DNA of 64,000 bases from Acidobacteriota bacterium. Lineage in GTDB: Bacteria; Acidobacteriota; Vicinamibacteria; Fen-336. The stretch covers positions 40,150 through 104,149 of the forward strand of contig JAQBHI010000049.1 of assembly GCA_032127875.1 (NCBI GenBank), written 5' to 3'. The position numbers and the translations under genes are program-made. The notes under the pieces are model-generated. The model did not search any database, was not told the DNA's origin, and saw only the letters and a program-made list of their open reading frames with translations. Positions 39,805 through 50,177 of this stretch are shown here, one piece after another; position 1 is the stretch's first letter, and each line of letters opens with the position of its first letter.

Positions 39805-41917
39805 GCCCCCAACGATGCGGCAGCGAATCGGCGGCTTCGGGACGGTCTTGGTCGCAGGCCTTCTGGGAGTTGTGCTGTTCGCTCCAGGCGGTCGCAAGGA
39901 CGCGCCGGTTCGGAAGCCGCGACTGCCCGAGTTGGACGGGCGCGAGTCACTCCCGCCGCTGCCCGAGATCTCTCCGCGCAACGCCAACTACACGATCGAA
40001 GCACGCCTCGACCCGACGACCCAGACGATCGAAGGCAGCCTGCTGCTCGACTGGCGCAACCTCGGCGACGTCCCCATGGACACGTTCCCCTTCCATCTCT
40101 ACTGGAACGCCTTCCGCAACAACCTCTCGACCTCGGCCAGGGGTGAGGGCGGCCGCGCGGCGCGTTTCAAGGCGGATCGCGACTACGGCTTCAGCCACGT
40201 CAAGCGGGTCGTACTGCTTGGAGAGACCGAGCAGGATCTGACCGAGCGCGTCCGCTACGTCGCGCCCGACGACGCCAACGCCGACGACCGCACCGTTCTC
40301 GGAGTCAAGGCCTTCTCCGCCGTCGCGCCGGGCGCCACGGCCCGCTTCAGGATCGAGTGGACGGCGCGGATCCCATATGGCAGGGGCGGGCGCGCCGGTT
40401 GGGTGCACGACTACTACTTCATCGTGCAGTGGTTCCCGAAGATCGGGGTGCTTCGCAAGGACAAGTGGAACGCGCACCAGTTCCACTCCACGACCGAGTT
40501 CTTCTCGGACTATGGCAATTACGACGTCAAGCTCACGCTGCCACGTGGCTTCGTGGTCGGGGCGACGGGGATCTCGGGCGCGCCAGTGGACAACGCCGAT
40601 GGCACGCAGACCCTGCGCTTCCTGCAGGACGACGTCCACGATTTCGCATGGACCGCGAGCCGGCGTTTTGTCGAGCGGCAGGGACGCTTCGAGGATGCGG
40701 GTTACCCGCCCGTGGAGATCCGCCTGCTGCTGCAACCTGAACACGCGCATCTGGCCGAGCGCTATCTCGAGGCGACCCGGGTCGCGCTTCGCAGCTACGG
40801 TGCGTGGGCCGCTGCCTACCCCTACGGGCACCTCACCGTCGTCGATCCGGCCTGGTTCTCGGCCTCGGGTGGCATGGAGTATCCGACGCTGTTCACCGGC
40901 GGGACTCACGTGCAGGCTCCGATCGAATTGCAGAGCCCGGAGTCAGTGACGGTGCACGAGGCCGGCCATCAATTCTGGTACGGGCTCGTCGGCACCAACG
41001 AGTTCGAGGAGCCCTGGCTCGACGAAGGACTGAACGATTACAGCGAAGCCAAGGCGCTCGAGCTCTTCTACGGCCCGGCGAGCTGGGGCCGGCGCTACTT
41101 CGGCGGCAAGGACGCGCGGGGACGAGCGCGCGGCCTCCCAGTGCTGGCGCCAGGCGTTTTCGTGGGTCGCGGCGAGGCGGGGCTCGCCGATCTGCGCGAG
41201 TTCGGCCGACGCGACCCGATGGCTCGAGCCTCGTGGCAGTTCGACAGCTCGGACGCGTACTACCTCAACGCCTACCGCAAGCCGGCGCTCGTCCACAAGA
41301 CGCTGGAGGCGCTGGTCGGCGACGAGACGATGACGCGCATCCTGCGCACCTGGGCGAGGCGGTACCGCTTCGAGCACCCGACCACGGAGGACTTCATCGC
41401 CACCGTGAACGAAGTCAGCGGCCAGGACTGGCGCTGGTTCTTCGACGAGACGTTCTTCTCGAGCGGGCTGTGCGACTACGCGATCTCCGTCAAGGAGGAG
41501 CCGCGACGCCGCGCCACAGGCTTCAGCGACGGGCCGGCGCCGGCCCGCGCACCGATACCGGCGCCGACGCTTCCCAAGGGCGCGCCTCGGGACGGCGGTG
41601 CCGACAGCGTCGTGACCGTGCGTCGGCTGGGCGAGGTGCGCATGCCAGTCGAGATCGTGGTCGAGTTCGCGGACGGCCGCATCGCGCGCGAGAGCTGGGA
41701 CGGCCGTGATCGCTGGAAGCGCTTCTCTTACGGGGGCGCCCCGAAAATCCGCCGGGCAGTGGTCGACCCCGACCACAAGCTCGCGATCGACGTGAATCCC
41801 GGCAACAACGCCTGGCGCGCGGAGACGGGGCTTGGTCGGCAGGCCGCCTTCAAGTGGTCGGCCCGCTTCTTGTTCTGGCTGCAGAACCTGCTCGAACTGC
41901 ACACGGTCCTCGGATGA
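39805..41917 (+). CDS. M1-family zinc aminopeptidase (gluzincin), N-terminally anchored
   Basis: HEAGHQFWYG ... EPWLDEGLNDY (HEXXH-X18-E). N-terminal TM/signal helix. 704 aa. Confidence 0.8.
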
Positions 41918-42909
41918 GAGCCGCGCTCGTGGCCGGCCTGCAAGCGGCCTGGCGCTGCCGCACGCTCGCAGCCTTGTTGCTCGCCGTCAACCTCGGCGTC
42001 GCGGGCCTGCTGGCCGTGCCTTTCGCGGCCCAGCTCGGGCGCGACCTGCGCGAGAGCGAAGCGGCGGCGCAGATGGCCCGGGGCTTCGACTTTCCCTGGT
42101 GGAGCCACTGGTCGGACCAGCAGCAGGGCTGGACGTCCGCCTTCAAGCCCGACATCTTCGGCGTGGGCTTTGCGTTCCGGAACACCGACCTGCTACTCAA
42201 GGGCGAGTTGCCGGCGCGCTTGTTCGCTCCGCCCCCGGAGGACCCGAGCGCGCCCGTGCCAAAGCCCGAGCTGGATAACGTAGTCCTGGGCCTGGGTGTC
42301 GCCTACCTGTTGCTGCAGGTGTTCTTTGCCGGAGGGATATTGGGGGCACTGCGCGGCCCCCGCGGCGGCTTCACGGTGCGCGGCTTCGCTCACGGCTGCG
42401 GCTTCTACTGCGGCCGCATGCTGCGCCTCTCGCTGCTGGCGCTGCTCGCCGACGCGCTGCTCTTCCGGCTGAGTGTGCCGGTCTCGGGCTGGGTCGCGAG
42501 CCGCGCCGCGGAGTCGGTCTCCGAGACGACGGCACTCGCCTGGTCGTATGGGCGCAGTGCGGCACTCCTGCTCGGCATCCTGCTGATCCACATGCTCGCG
42601 GGCTACGCGCGCGTGATCACGGTGCTCGAAGAGCGCAAGAGCGCCAGCCTCGCGTTCGTGTCCGCGCTCGCATTCTGCCTCGGTCGCCTTCCCGCCGCCC
42701 TCGGACACTATCTCTCGGTCGCCCTGCTCGCGACGGCGATGCTCGCGGCCTGGGCACGTCTGGACGGCGCTTTCGTTGTCACGGGCTGGGGCACACAGGC
42801 GCTCGCTTTCGCGCTCATGCAGGCCTTCGTGCTCGGGCGTATCGGGCTGCGACTGGCTCTCGCCGGCGGCCAGATGCAACTCTACCGGGGCAGCGGACCG
42901 TCGCAATGA
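41914..42909 (+). CDS. Integral membrane protein, hypothetical (translationally coupled to the M1 peptidase)
   Basis: ATGA overlap with the peptidase stop. About 6 TM helices. Confidence 0.55.
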   Translation: MRAALVAGLQAAWRCRTLAALLLAVNLGVAGLLAVPFAAQLGRDLRESEAAAQMARGFDFPWWSHWSDQQQGWTSAFKPDIFGVGFAFRNTDLLLKGELPARLFAPPPEDPSAPVPKPELDNVVLGLGVAYLLLQVFFAGGILGALRGPRGGFTVRGFAHGCGFYCGRMLRLSLLALLADALLFRLSVPVSGWVASRAAESVSETTALAWSYGRSAALLLGILLIHMLAGYARVITVLEERKSASLAFVSALAFCLGRLPAALGHYLSVALLATAMLAAWARLDGAFVVTGWGTQALAFALMQAFVLGRIGLRLALAGGQMQLYRGSGPSQ

Positions 42910-43354
42910 GCGTAGGCGTCGTGCAACGCAGCGCGCAGTTCGCCCTGCTCACCGGCGCCGCTGCTGTGTCTGTCGATCGCGCTGGGGACGCGTGGCCTCG
43001 CCCACCCCGACGAGCGGCTGCATGCCGACGCCTTCCGTTACTTCGGTGTCCACGTCTGGCCGCCCGACCTCGGCTCCGATGCCCTTCACAAGCTCCGATG
43101 CCCTCCACAAGTATGATGCGTTCGGTACGAGCAAGGTCTACGCGCGCGACGTCGCCTAAGTGATCCTGGGACCGCTGGGCCGGAGCCTCGAGGGTCTGCT
43201 CGGCAGCGAGCGCCCGTGGCTCGCCGTTCGTCGCTGCCAGCAGCTCCCGAGCACGCTGCGACGGTGGCACCTGGCGAGCGCGGCGGTGGCCCTGGCGCTC
43301 TTGCGCGTGGAGCTTGCCCTGCCGCGCCTCGCACTGCACTAGAATCCGGCATCC

Positions 43355-43840
43355 ATGCCCATCGATGGACAGGACTTCCGGCAGGCGCTCGGCCAGTTTG
43401 CAACCGGCGTCACGATCGTCACCACGCGCGACGCGGGAGGCTGGCCGATGGGGCTGACCGTCAACTCCTTCTGCTCGGTCAGCCTGGATCCGCCCCTGGT
43501 GCTGGTCTGCATCGACAACCGCTCGGAAACCCACGACGGGTTCGAGGCCTCGGGCGTCTTCGGCATCAGCGTGCTGTCTGAGGCGCAGGAGGGCTGGTCG
43601 CGGCGCTTCGGGGCGCCGGGCAGGGAGAAGTTCGAGTCGGCCGACCTCGCCGTCGGCGAGACCGGCGTGGGGCTCGTACCGGGGGCGCTCGTCCACATCG
43701 AGTGCCGAGTCGGCGCGCGGCTTCCCGGCGGCGACCATACGATCTACGTGGGCGAGGTGCTGAGACTTCAAGTGGCGCCCGGGCGGCCGCTCCTGTATCA
43801 CGCGAGCGGCTACGCCAGGCTGGCAGGTTCCGGGCCTTGA
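43355..43840 (+). CDS. Flavin reductase (NAD(P)H:FMN oxidoreductase, HpaC-like)
   Basis: Flavin_Reduct domain (FATGVTIVTT ... TVNSFCSVSLDPPLVLVCI). Confidence 0.8.
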   Translation: MPIDGQDFRQALGQFATGVTIVTTRDAGGWPMGLTVNSFCSVSLDPPLVLVCIDNRSETHDGFEASGVFGISVLSEAQEGWSRRFGAPGREKFESADLAVGETGVGLVPGALVHIECRVGARLPGGDHTIYVGEVLRLQVAPGRPLLYHASGYARLAGSGP

Positions 43841-45390
43841 GCGAATTTACCTTCCCCGAACGTTTCAACATGGCGTGGTATTTCCTCGACCGCAACGTCG
43901 AGGCGGGGCGAGGCGACAAGACCTGCCTCTACTGGCGCGACGAGGCCTACACGTACGGCGACGTGCAGGCGCACTCGAACCGGGTCGCAAACGCCCTGCG
44001 CTCGCTCGGCGTCGCAATCGAAGACCGCGTGCTGCTGATCCTGCCGGACCGGCCTGAGTTCGCCTTCGCCTGGTTCGGGGCAGCCAAGGCCGGAGCGGTG
44101 ATCGCGATGGTGAACCCGCTGCTGCCCGCCGAGGACTACGCCCACTACTTCGAGTACACGCGGGCCAGGGTCGCGATCGTGGATGCGTCCACCCGGGATC
44201 GCCTGGATCCGATGCGAGAGTCGTTCCGTCACTTGAAGCATCTCGTCGTCGTCGGCGAGTGTGGCCCGCATCTTGGCTTCGACGAGCTGACCGGGCACGC
44301 CTCAGACGCCTTCACGAATGCCGACACCCATCGCGACGATCCCGCCATCTGGCTGTTCACCAGCGGTTCGACCGGCAAGCCCAAGGCCGCGGTCCACCTC
44401 CAGCAGGATCTGCCCTGGAATACCGAGCGCTACGCGAAGCAGGTGCTCGGGATCGGCGAGCATGACCTGACGCTTTCGGTGCCGAAGCTGTTCTTCGGCT
44501 ACGCGACCGGGACCAACCTGCTGTTCCCGTTCGCGGTGGGCGGCGCCACCGCGCTGTTCAGCGAGCGCAGCGAGCCGGCCACGCTGTTCGACGTGATCGA
44601 GCGGTACAAGCCGACGGTGCTGACCTGCGTACCGACGATGATCGGCGGGATGCTGAACCACCCGGGCGGACAAGGGCGCGATCTCTCGTCGCTGCGGCTC
44701 GTGCTCTCCGCCGGCGAGGCCCTGCCTCCCGAACTGCACCGGCGCTGGAAGGAGAGCTTCCGTGTCGAAATCCTGGACGGCATCGGCTCCGCCGAGATGT
44801 TCCACATCTACATCTCGAACTATCCGGGCGAGGTGGTGCCGGGAAGCCTGGGCCGGCTCGTGCCCGGTTACGACGCCCGCCTGGTCGGCCCGGAAGGCGA
44901 TGAGGTGGCCGAGGGCGAGTCGGGCACGTTGTGGATCAAGGGCGAGTCGGCCGCCATCCTGTATTGGCAGGCGCACGAGAAATCCAAGCAGGTGTTGCGC
45001 GGCGACTGGGTCGTCACGGGCGATCTGATGCGACGCGACCCGCAGGGGTACTTCTGGTACGAGGGCCGGTCCGACGACATGCTCAAGGTCGGCGGCATCT
45101 TCGTCTCGCCGCTGGAGGTGGAAAACTGCCTGTTGCAGCACCAGGCGGTAGCGGAATGCGCCGTGATGGGCTATAAAGACGCCGACGGACTCGTGAAACC
45201 CAAGGCCTTCGTGGTGCTCCGGCAGCGGCAGGGCGACGACGCACTCGCTCGTGAGTTGCAGGATTTCGTGAAGGGGCGCCTGGCGCCCTTCAAGTACCCG
45301 CGGGCCGTGGCCTTCGTTCCGTCGCTCCCGAAGAACGACCGTGGGAAGATCGATCGCCGCCGGCTCGAAGTCGAAGCCCCCCTGGCATGA
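43837..45390 (+). CDS. Aryl-CoA ligase, benzoate / 4-hydroxybenzoate-CoA ligase family
   Basis: AMP-binding motifs (LFTSGSTGKPKAAVH, YGATE-like GIGSAEM, TGDLMRRDPQGYFWYEGRSDDMLKVGG, PKNDRGKIDR). The N-terminus aligns with BadA-type ligases. TTG at 43837 (TTGA overlap) or ATG at 43870. Confidence 0.85.
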   Translation: MSEFTFPERFNMAWYFLDRNVEAGRGDKTCLYWRDEAYTYGDVQAHSNRVANALRSLGVAIEDRVLLILPDRPEFAFAWFGAAKAGAVIAMVNPLLPAEDYAHYFEYTRARVAIVDASTRDRLDPMRESFRHLKHLVVVGECGPHLGFDELTGHASDAFTNADTHRDDPAIWLFTSGSTGKPKAAVHLQQDLPWNTERYAKQVLGIGEHDLTLSVPKLFFGYATGTNLLFPFAVGGATALFSERSEPATLFDVIERYKPTVLTCVPTMIGGMLNHPGGQGRDLSSLRLVLSAGEALPPELHRRWKESFRVEILDGIGSAEMFHIYISNYPGEVVPGSLGRLVPGYDARLVGPEGDEVAEGESGTLWIKGESAAILYWQAHEKSKQVLRGDWVVTGDLMRRDPQGYFWYEGRSDDMLKVGGIFVSPLEVENCLLQHQAVAECAVMGYKDADGLVKPKAFVVLRQRQGDDALARELQDFVKGRLAPFKYPRAVAFVPSLPKNDRGKIDRRRLEVEAPLA

Positions 45391-45464
45391 GGTCGCTGCC
45401 CGCCTGACGCTCTAAAGGACCCCTGAAGCACTAACCGAAAGGAGAGAAGGGTCACTTCCCTTCG

Positions 45465-46223
45465 ATGGCCATGGCCGAGAACATCGTGATGTCGGAGATG
45501 ACGTGGACGGAGATCGACGAGGCGCTCAAGGAACGGCCCGTGGGGCTGCTCCCGGTGGGCGCCGTGGAAGCGCACGGCCCGCACCTGCCCGTCTCGGCCG
45601 ACACCGTGATCGCTACCGAGATGGCGCGGCGCGGCGCGGAAAAGCTCAAGGAGCACGGCATCCCGTCGCTGATCCTGCCACCGGTGTTCTACACCGTCGC
45701 CGATTTCGGCGCCTCTTTCGCCGGCACCCTGAGCGTCCAGGCTGACACGGCAACGGCCCTGCTGCGCGACGTCTGCATCGCGGCCTCGAAGCGCTTCCGA
45801 TGCGTGGGCCTTGCCAACATCCACCTCGAGGCGGCGCATGTCGAGTGCGTGAAGAAGGCGCTCGAGGAAGCGAACAAGGCGGGCGCGTCGGCCTGCTACG
45901 CGGATTTGACGCGCAAGCGCTGGGCCGAGCTGATGGGGCCTGTCTTCCAGCTGGGCGATCACGCCGGGGCCTGGGAGACCTCGCTGATGATGGCCGCCGC
46001 GCCGGTGATGGTGCGCGAACGCGCGCGGATCAGCCTGCCACCCCTCGATGGCCTGATGCCCGCCCTCAAGAAGGGCGCCAAGACGTTCGTCGAGGCGGGC
46101 GGCGAGGATGCCTACTTCGGCAACCCGATCGCCGCCTCCGCCGAAGACGGCGAGGCCAACCTCGAGTCGCTGGGCGAGGTGCTGTGCGTTTCGGTCATGG
46201 AGCACCTCGGGAGCAAGGCATAG
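45465..46223 (+). CDS. Creatininase-family amidohydrolase
   Basis: Creatininase fold signatures (LLPVGAVEAHGPHLP ... GDHAGAWETSLMMA). Confidence 0.75.
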   Translation: MAMAENIVMSEMTWTEIDEALKERPVGLLPVGAVEAHGPHLPVSADTVIATEMARRGAEKLKEHGIPSLILPPVFYTVADFGASFAGTLSVQADTATALLRDVCIAASKRFRCVGLANIHLEAAHVECVKKALEEANKAGASACYADLTRKRWAELMGPVFQLGDHAGAWETSLMMAAAPVMVRERARISLPPLDGLMPALKKGAKTFVEAGGEDAYFGNPIAASAEDGEANLESLGEVLCVSVMEHLGSKA

Positions 46224-46636
46224 CTTTCACCACGCAGATCCTGGTTCGCTTCTGCGATCTCGACCCGGCTGGGATCGCCTACTATCCGAACCTCGTCAAC
46301 TTCCTGCACGTGGCCTTCGAGGACTTCTTCGCGGGCCACGTCGGGCGGCCCTATCCAGACGTCTTCCGCGAGGGCCTCGGCTTCCCCACCGTCAAGGTCG
46401 AGATGGAGTACCTGACGCCCATCCACTACGGCGACCGCGTCGATGTGCGCGTGAGTGTCGAAAAAGTCGGCCGTTCGTCGGTCCGCTTCCGGTACCAGGG
46501 CAGCGTCCTGGGCAAGCCGGTATTTCGCGCTCGGAACACCGCGGTCGTGGTGGACATGAAGACGTTCAAGCCGATGACCGTTCCGGACGACTTGCGGAGC
46601 AAGTTCCTGGAAGCGGCCGATCCTGCGCCAGCCTAG
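46184..46636 (+). CDS. 4HBT/YbgC-type hotdog acyl-CoA thioesterase (start uncertain)
   Basis: ILVRFCDLDPAGIAYYPNLVNFLHVAFEDFF is the typical 4HBT N-terminus. No ATG is present. The candidate GTG at 46184 overlaps the creatininase 3' end. Confidence 0.6.
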   Translation: MRFGHGAPREQGIAFTTQILVRFCDLDPAGIAYYPNLVNFLHVAFEDFFAGHVGRPYPDVFREGLGFPTVKVEMEYLTPIHYGDRVDVRVSVEKVGRSSVRFRYQGSVLGKPVFRARNTAVVVDMKTFKPMTVPDDLRSKFLEAADPAPA

Positions 46637-46694
46637 AGTTTCGCCGAACATTCCCTTCTCGCCGCTCGTCCGTCCCAGATCGGAGGAGATTGCC

Positions 46695-49600
46695 TTGAAG
46701 AACCTCGGTCGCATCTTGAGCCTGGCCACGCTCGTCGCGCTGCCCGTGCTTGCGGCGTCCAGCGCGGTGAACTCGACTCCGCCGAAGCCTGACTCGGACA
46801 AGCCCTGGAAGGTGGAAGAGCCCCACGGCCCGACGAAGAGCGTCTCGTTCCAGACCGACGAAGGCACCTGGCTCGCCCTCGACGTGCACCCCGATGGACG
46901 GCAACTCGTCTTCGCGATGCTCGGCGATCTATACCTGCTGCCCATCGAGGGCGGCCAGGCGAAGCGCGTCAGCAGCGGGCCGGCCTACGACGTGCAGCCG
47001 CGCTTTTCGCCAGACGGCAAGTCGATCGCATTCGCGAGCGACCGCGCTGGCATCGAGAACCTGTGGGTTTGCGACCTCGAGGGCAAGGCCGCGCGGCAGA
47101 TCAGCAGTGAGATGGACCACACGGTCAGCGCTCCCGCCTGGACGCCGGATGGCGACTATCTGGTGGGCCGCAAGCGCATGACCGACCTCTCCTCGCTCGG
47201 CACCGTCGAGCTGTGGATGTGGCACACGAAGGGCGGCAAGGGCGTCCAGATCACGAAGCGCGAGGACCAGCCCGACGCAGCGGATCCCGTTTTCTCGAAG
47301 GACGGCCGCTTCCTGTATTTCTCGGCGCGCGACTCGCGCTACAAATACGACCGCAACGTCAACGAGGGCATCTGGCAGATCAAGCGGCTCGACCGGCACA
47401 CCGGCCAGGTGATCGCGCTGACCGGCGAGTTCGGCGGGGCGGCGACGCCCGCCTTCTCACCCGACGGCGCCTCGATGGCGTTCGTCCGTCGGATCCGCGC
47501 GAAGACGCTGCTACAGGTGATGGATCTCCCCAGCGGCAGACTACGCACCGTAGCCCCCGACGTGCAGCGCGACAACCAGGAGGGCTTTGCGTTCCACGGC
47601 GTCTTCCCCGGCTACGCCTGGACGCCGGACGGGCGTGCCATCGTGGCCACGGCCGAGGGCAAGATCTGGCGCTGGGACGCGGCCTCGGGGCTTCGCACCG
47701 CCATCCCCTTCACGGCCTGCGTCGACCAGAAGGTCACCGACGCCGTGCGCTTTCCCCGACGCCTGAACGACGAGGCGGTGCGCGCCCGGATCCTGCGCTG
47801 GCCCGTCGAGTCGACTGAGGGCAAGCGACTGGTCTTTTCGGCCCTCGGGCACCTTTACGGTGTCGACCTGCCGAAGGGCGTTCCCCAGCGGCTCACCTCG
47901 GGCGACGACCTCGAGTACGCGCCGTCGTTTTCAAAGAGCGGTGCGAGCCTGACCTACGTGACTTGGAACGACGACTTGGGCGGGCAGGTGTGGAAGATGC
48001 CGGCCGCGGGCGGCGCAGCGACGCGCCTCACGCAGACGCCCGGCCAGTACGCGAACCCGGCCTTCTCGCCCGACGGCAGCAAGGTGGTGTTCGTGAAGGG
48101 CAGCGGAGCTACTTTCCGCGGAGGGGATCTCTCCGACGAGCTGTGGCACGAGATCACCTGGGTGAGCGCCTCGGGCGGCGAGAGCCACTACGTGATCGGC
48201 ACGAAGAATCGCGGCACCAACCGGCGCATGGCGCGGCCGACGTTCTCGGCCGACGGCGAGCGTATCTGGTACGTGGAGGACGAGCCGGCGGCCAAGCCGG
48301 CAGAGCCCGGCAAGACGGTGCTGGCGTCCGTCAAGCTGGACGGGACCGATCGCCGCACGCACCTGCGCTTCAGCTTCGCCGAAGAGGCTGTCGTTTCCCC
48401 CGATGGCCGCTGGGTCGCCTTCAACGAGCTGCACAACGCCTACGTCACGGCCCTGCCCGAAACCAGCAAAGACGCGATTGACGTCGCGCTGGAGGGCGCC
48501 GCGCTGCCCCTGGGCCAGCTAACCGACGAGGGCGGCGAGTGGGTGAACTGGGCCGACGACGGCCGCACGGTGACCTGGATCTTCGGCCCGACCTACCACC
48601 GGCTCGCGCTCGACAAGGCGGTGCCGACACCGAAGCCCGGTGAGGCGGAGGCGGCCGCCGCGGCCAAGGCCGAGAAGGCGGCGAAGAAGAAGAGCGGAAC
48701 AGCCACGGCCTCCAAGAAGGACGAGAAGAAGAAGCTGCCGGAATCAGACCAGGTCGAGATCGTCCTCACGGTGCCACGGGAGAAGCCCACGGCCATGGTC
48801 GCCTACACGGGCGCCCGCATCATCACGATGAAGGGTGACGACGTGATCGAGAACGGCGTGGTCGTAGTCGAGGGCAATCGCATCAAGACCGTCGGCGCCG
48901 CCGCTTCGGTCCAGGTCCCGCCGGGCGCCGGCAGCGTCGACGTCGCGGGTCGCACCATCATCCCGGGCCTCTTCGACGAGCACGCCCATCTGCACTACTC
49001 GACGCTCGACGTGTTCCCGCAACGGCCCTGGAAGTACCTTGCGAACCTGGCCTACGGGGTGACGTCGGCGCACGACCCCTCCGCGGCGACGCAGGAGGCG
49101 TTCGGCCAGGGCGAAATGGTGGAGGCGGGCCTGATGACCGGCCCCCGCATCTTCTCGACAGGCTACATCCTGTACGGAGCCGACGGTGCCGGCAAGGCCG
49201 TGGTGAAGAGCCTCGAGGATGCGCGCCACCATATCCGCCGCCTGAAGACGCTGGGCGCCTTCAGCGTGAAGTCGTACATGCAGCCGCGTCGCGAACAGCG
49301 ACAGTGGATCCTGCAGGCGGCCCGCGAGGAAGCCATCATGGTCGTGCCCGAAGGCGGCGGCGATCTCGAGAGCGACATGACGATGATCCTCGACGGCCAC
49401 ACCAGCATCGAGCACGCGCTGCCCTTTGCCCCGCTGCAAAAGGACGTGGTCACGCTGTTCGGCCAGAGTCAGACCTCGTACACGCCGACGCTGCTCGTCG
49501 CCTACGGCGGGATCTCAGGCGACAAGTGGTTCCATCAGCACTACGACCTGTGGAAGGACGAGCGACTCGGGCGCTATGTGCCACAGTCGGTGATCGACAC

Positions 49601-49997
49601 GCTCGGCCGGATCCGCGGCATCATGGCGACCGATCCCGCCGACTGGCATCACGTCGACGTCGCCGCGGCGGCCAAGCAGGTGATGGACGCCGGCGGCAGG
49701 GTCTGCCTGGGCGGACACGGCCAGCTGCAGGGGCTCGGTCCGCACTGGGAGATGTGGGCCTTCGTGCAAGGCGGCATGAAGCCGCTCGAGGCGTTGCGCG
49801 TCGCAACGCTGTTTCCCGCCCAGACGCTCGGCCTCGACGCCGACCTCGGCTCGATCGAGGCGGGCAAGCTCGCGGACTTCGTCGTCCTCGAGAAGAACCC
49901 CCTCGAAGACATCCACAACAGCCAGAGCGTGAGCCTGGTCGTGAAGAACGGCACGGCCTGGCGACCCGAGGAGTTGGCCCGCAAGAAGCTGGAATAG
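46695..49997 (+). CDS. Secreted fusion protein: TolB-like beta-propeller repeats plus amidohydrolase-family domain
   Basis: TTG start with GGAGGAG 5 nt upstream. Signal peptide. Repeated PD40/WD40-like blocks (FSPDG...). K/A/E-rich linker. C-terminal metal-dependent amidohydrolase motifs (DEHAHL ... HTSIEH ... GGHGQ). Confidence 0.8.
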   Translation: MKNLGRILSLATLVALPVLAASSAVNSTPPKPDSDKPWKVEEPHGPTKSVSFQTDEGTWLALDVHPDGRQLVFAMLGDLYLLPIEGGQAKRVSSGPAYDVQPRFSPDGKSIAFASDRAGIENLWVCDLEGKAARQISSEMDHTVSAPAWTPDGDYLVGRKRMTDLSSLGTVELWMWHTKGGKGVQITKREDQPDAADPVFSKDGRFLYFSARDSRYKYDRNVNEGIWQIKRLDRHTGQVIALTGEFGGAATPAFSPDGASMAFVRRIRAKTLLQVMDLPSGRLRTVAPDVQRDNQEGFAFHGVFPGYAWTPDGRAIVATAEGKIWRWDAASGLRTAIPFTACVDQKVTDAVRFPRRLNDEAVRARILRWPVESTEGKRLVFSALGHLYGVDLPKGVPQRLTSGDDLEYAPSFSKSGASLTYVTWNDDLGGQVWKMPAAGGAATRLTQTPGQYANPAFSPDGSKVVFVKGSGATFRGGDLSDELWHEITWVSASGGESHYVIGTKNRGTNRRMARPTFSADGERIWYVEDEPAAKPAEPGKTVLASVKLDGTDRRTHLRFSFAEEAVVSPDGRWVAFNELHNAYVTALPETSKDAIDVALEGAALPLGQLTDEGGEWVNWADDGRTVTWIFGPTYHRLALDKAVPTPKPGEAEAAAAAKAEKAAKKKSGTATASKKDEKKKLPESDQVEIVLTVPREKPTAMVAYTGARIITMKGDDVIENGVVVVEGNRIKTVGAAASVQVPPGAGSVDVAGRTIIPGLFDEHAHLHYSTLDVFPQRPWKYLANLAYGVTSAHDPSAATQEAFGQGEMVEAGLMTGPRIFSTGYILYGADGAGKAVVKSLEDARHHIRRLKTLGAFSVKSYMQPRREQRQWILQAAREEAIMVVPEGGGDLESDMTMILDGHTSIEHALPFAPLQKDVVTLFGQSQTSYTPTLLVAYGGISGDKWFHQHYDLWKDERLGRYVPQSVIDTLGRIRGIMATDPADWHHVDVAAAAKQVMDAGGRVCLGGHGQLQGLGPHWEMWAFVQGGMKPLEALRVATLFPAQTLGLDADLGSIEAGKLADFVVLEKNPLEDIHNSQSVSLVVKNGTAWRPEELARKKLE

Positions 49998-50109
49998 CCG
50001 GCAGCCGGGACCGGCCGCCGAAGGCTGCGGACGCGGGTCCCGCAGACCGCCGCCGTTCCCTCCTGCGAAGCAGAGGGAGCGGCGGTCGTCGCTTGAGCCA
50101 AAGAGCTCT

Positions 50110-50133
50110 TCCCTCCCCCCACGTGGGGAGGGA
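50110..50133. terminator. Palindromic hairpin TCCCTCCCC-CCACGT-GGGGAGGGA between convergent genes
   Basis: 9-bp stem centred on CACGTG. A second imperfect long hairpin lies just upstream (about 50050-50096). Sits between the TolB-amidohydrolase 3' end and the thioesterase 3' end. Confidence 0.4.
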
Positions 50134-50177
50134 TAGGCTGGGGGGTCGATGATCGAATAGCCTCCGAGCCGGGCCGC

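Noticed and set aside
42906-43342. Small ORFs 42906..43163 and 43160..43342 in the 450-bp gap before the flavin reductase
   Set aside because: They are low-complexity (Ala/Arg/Pro/Leu) with no start context. More likely non-coding regulatory DNA, which is where the tandem repeat sits.
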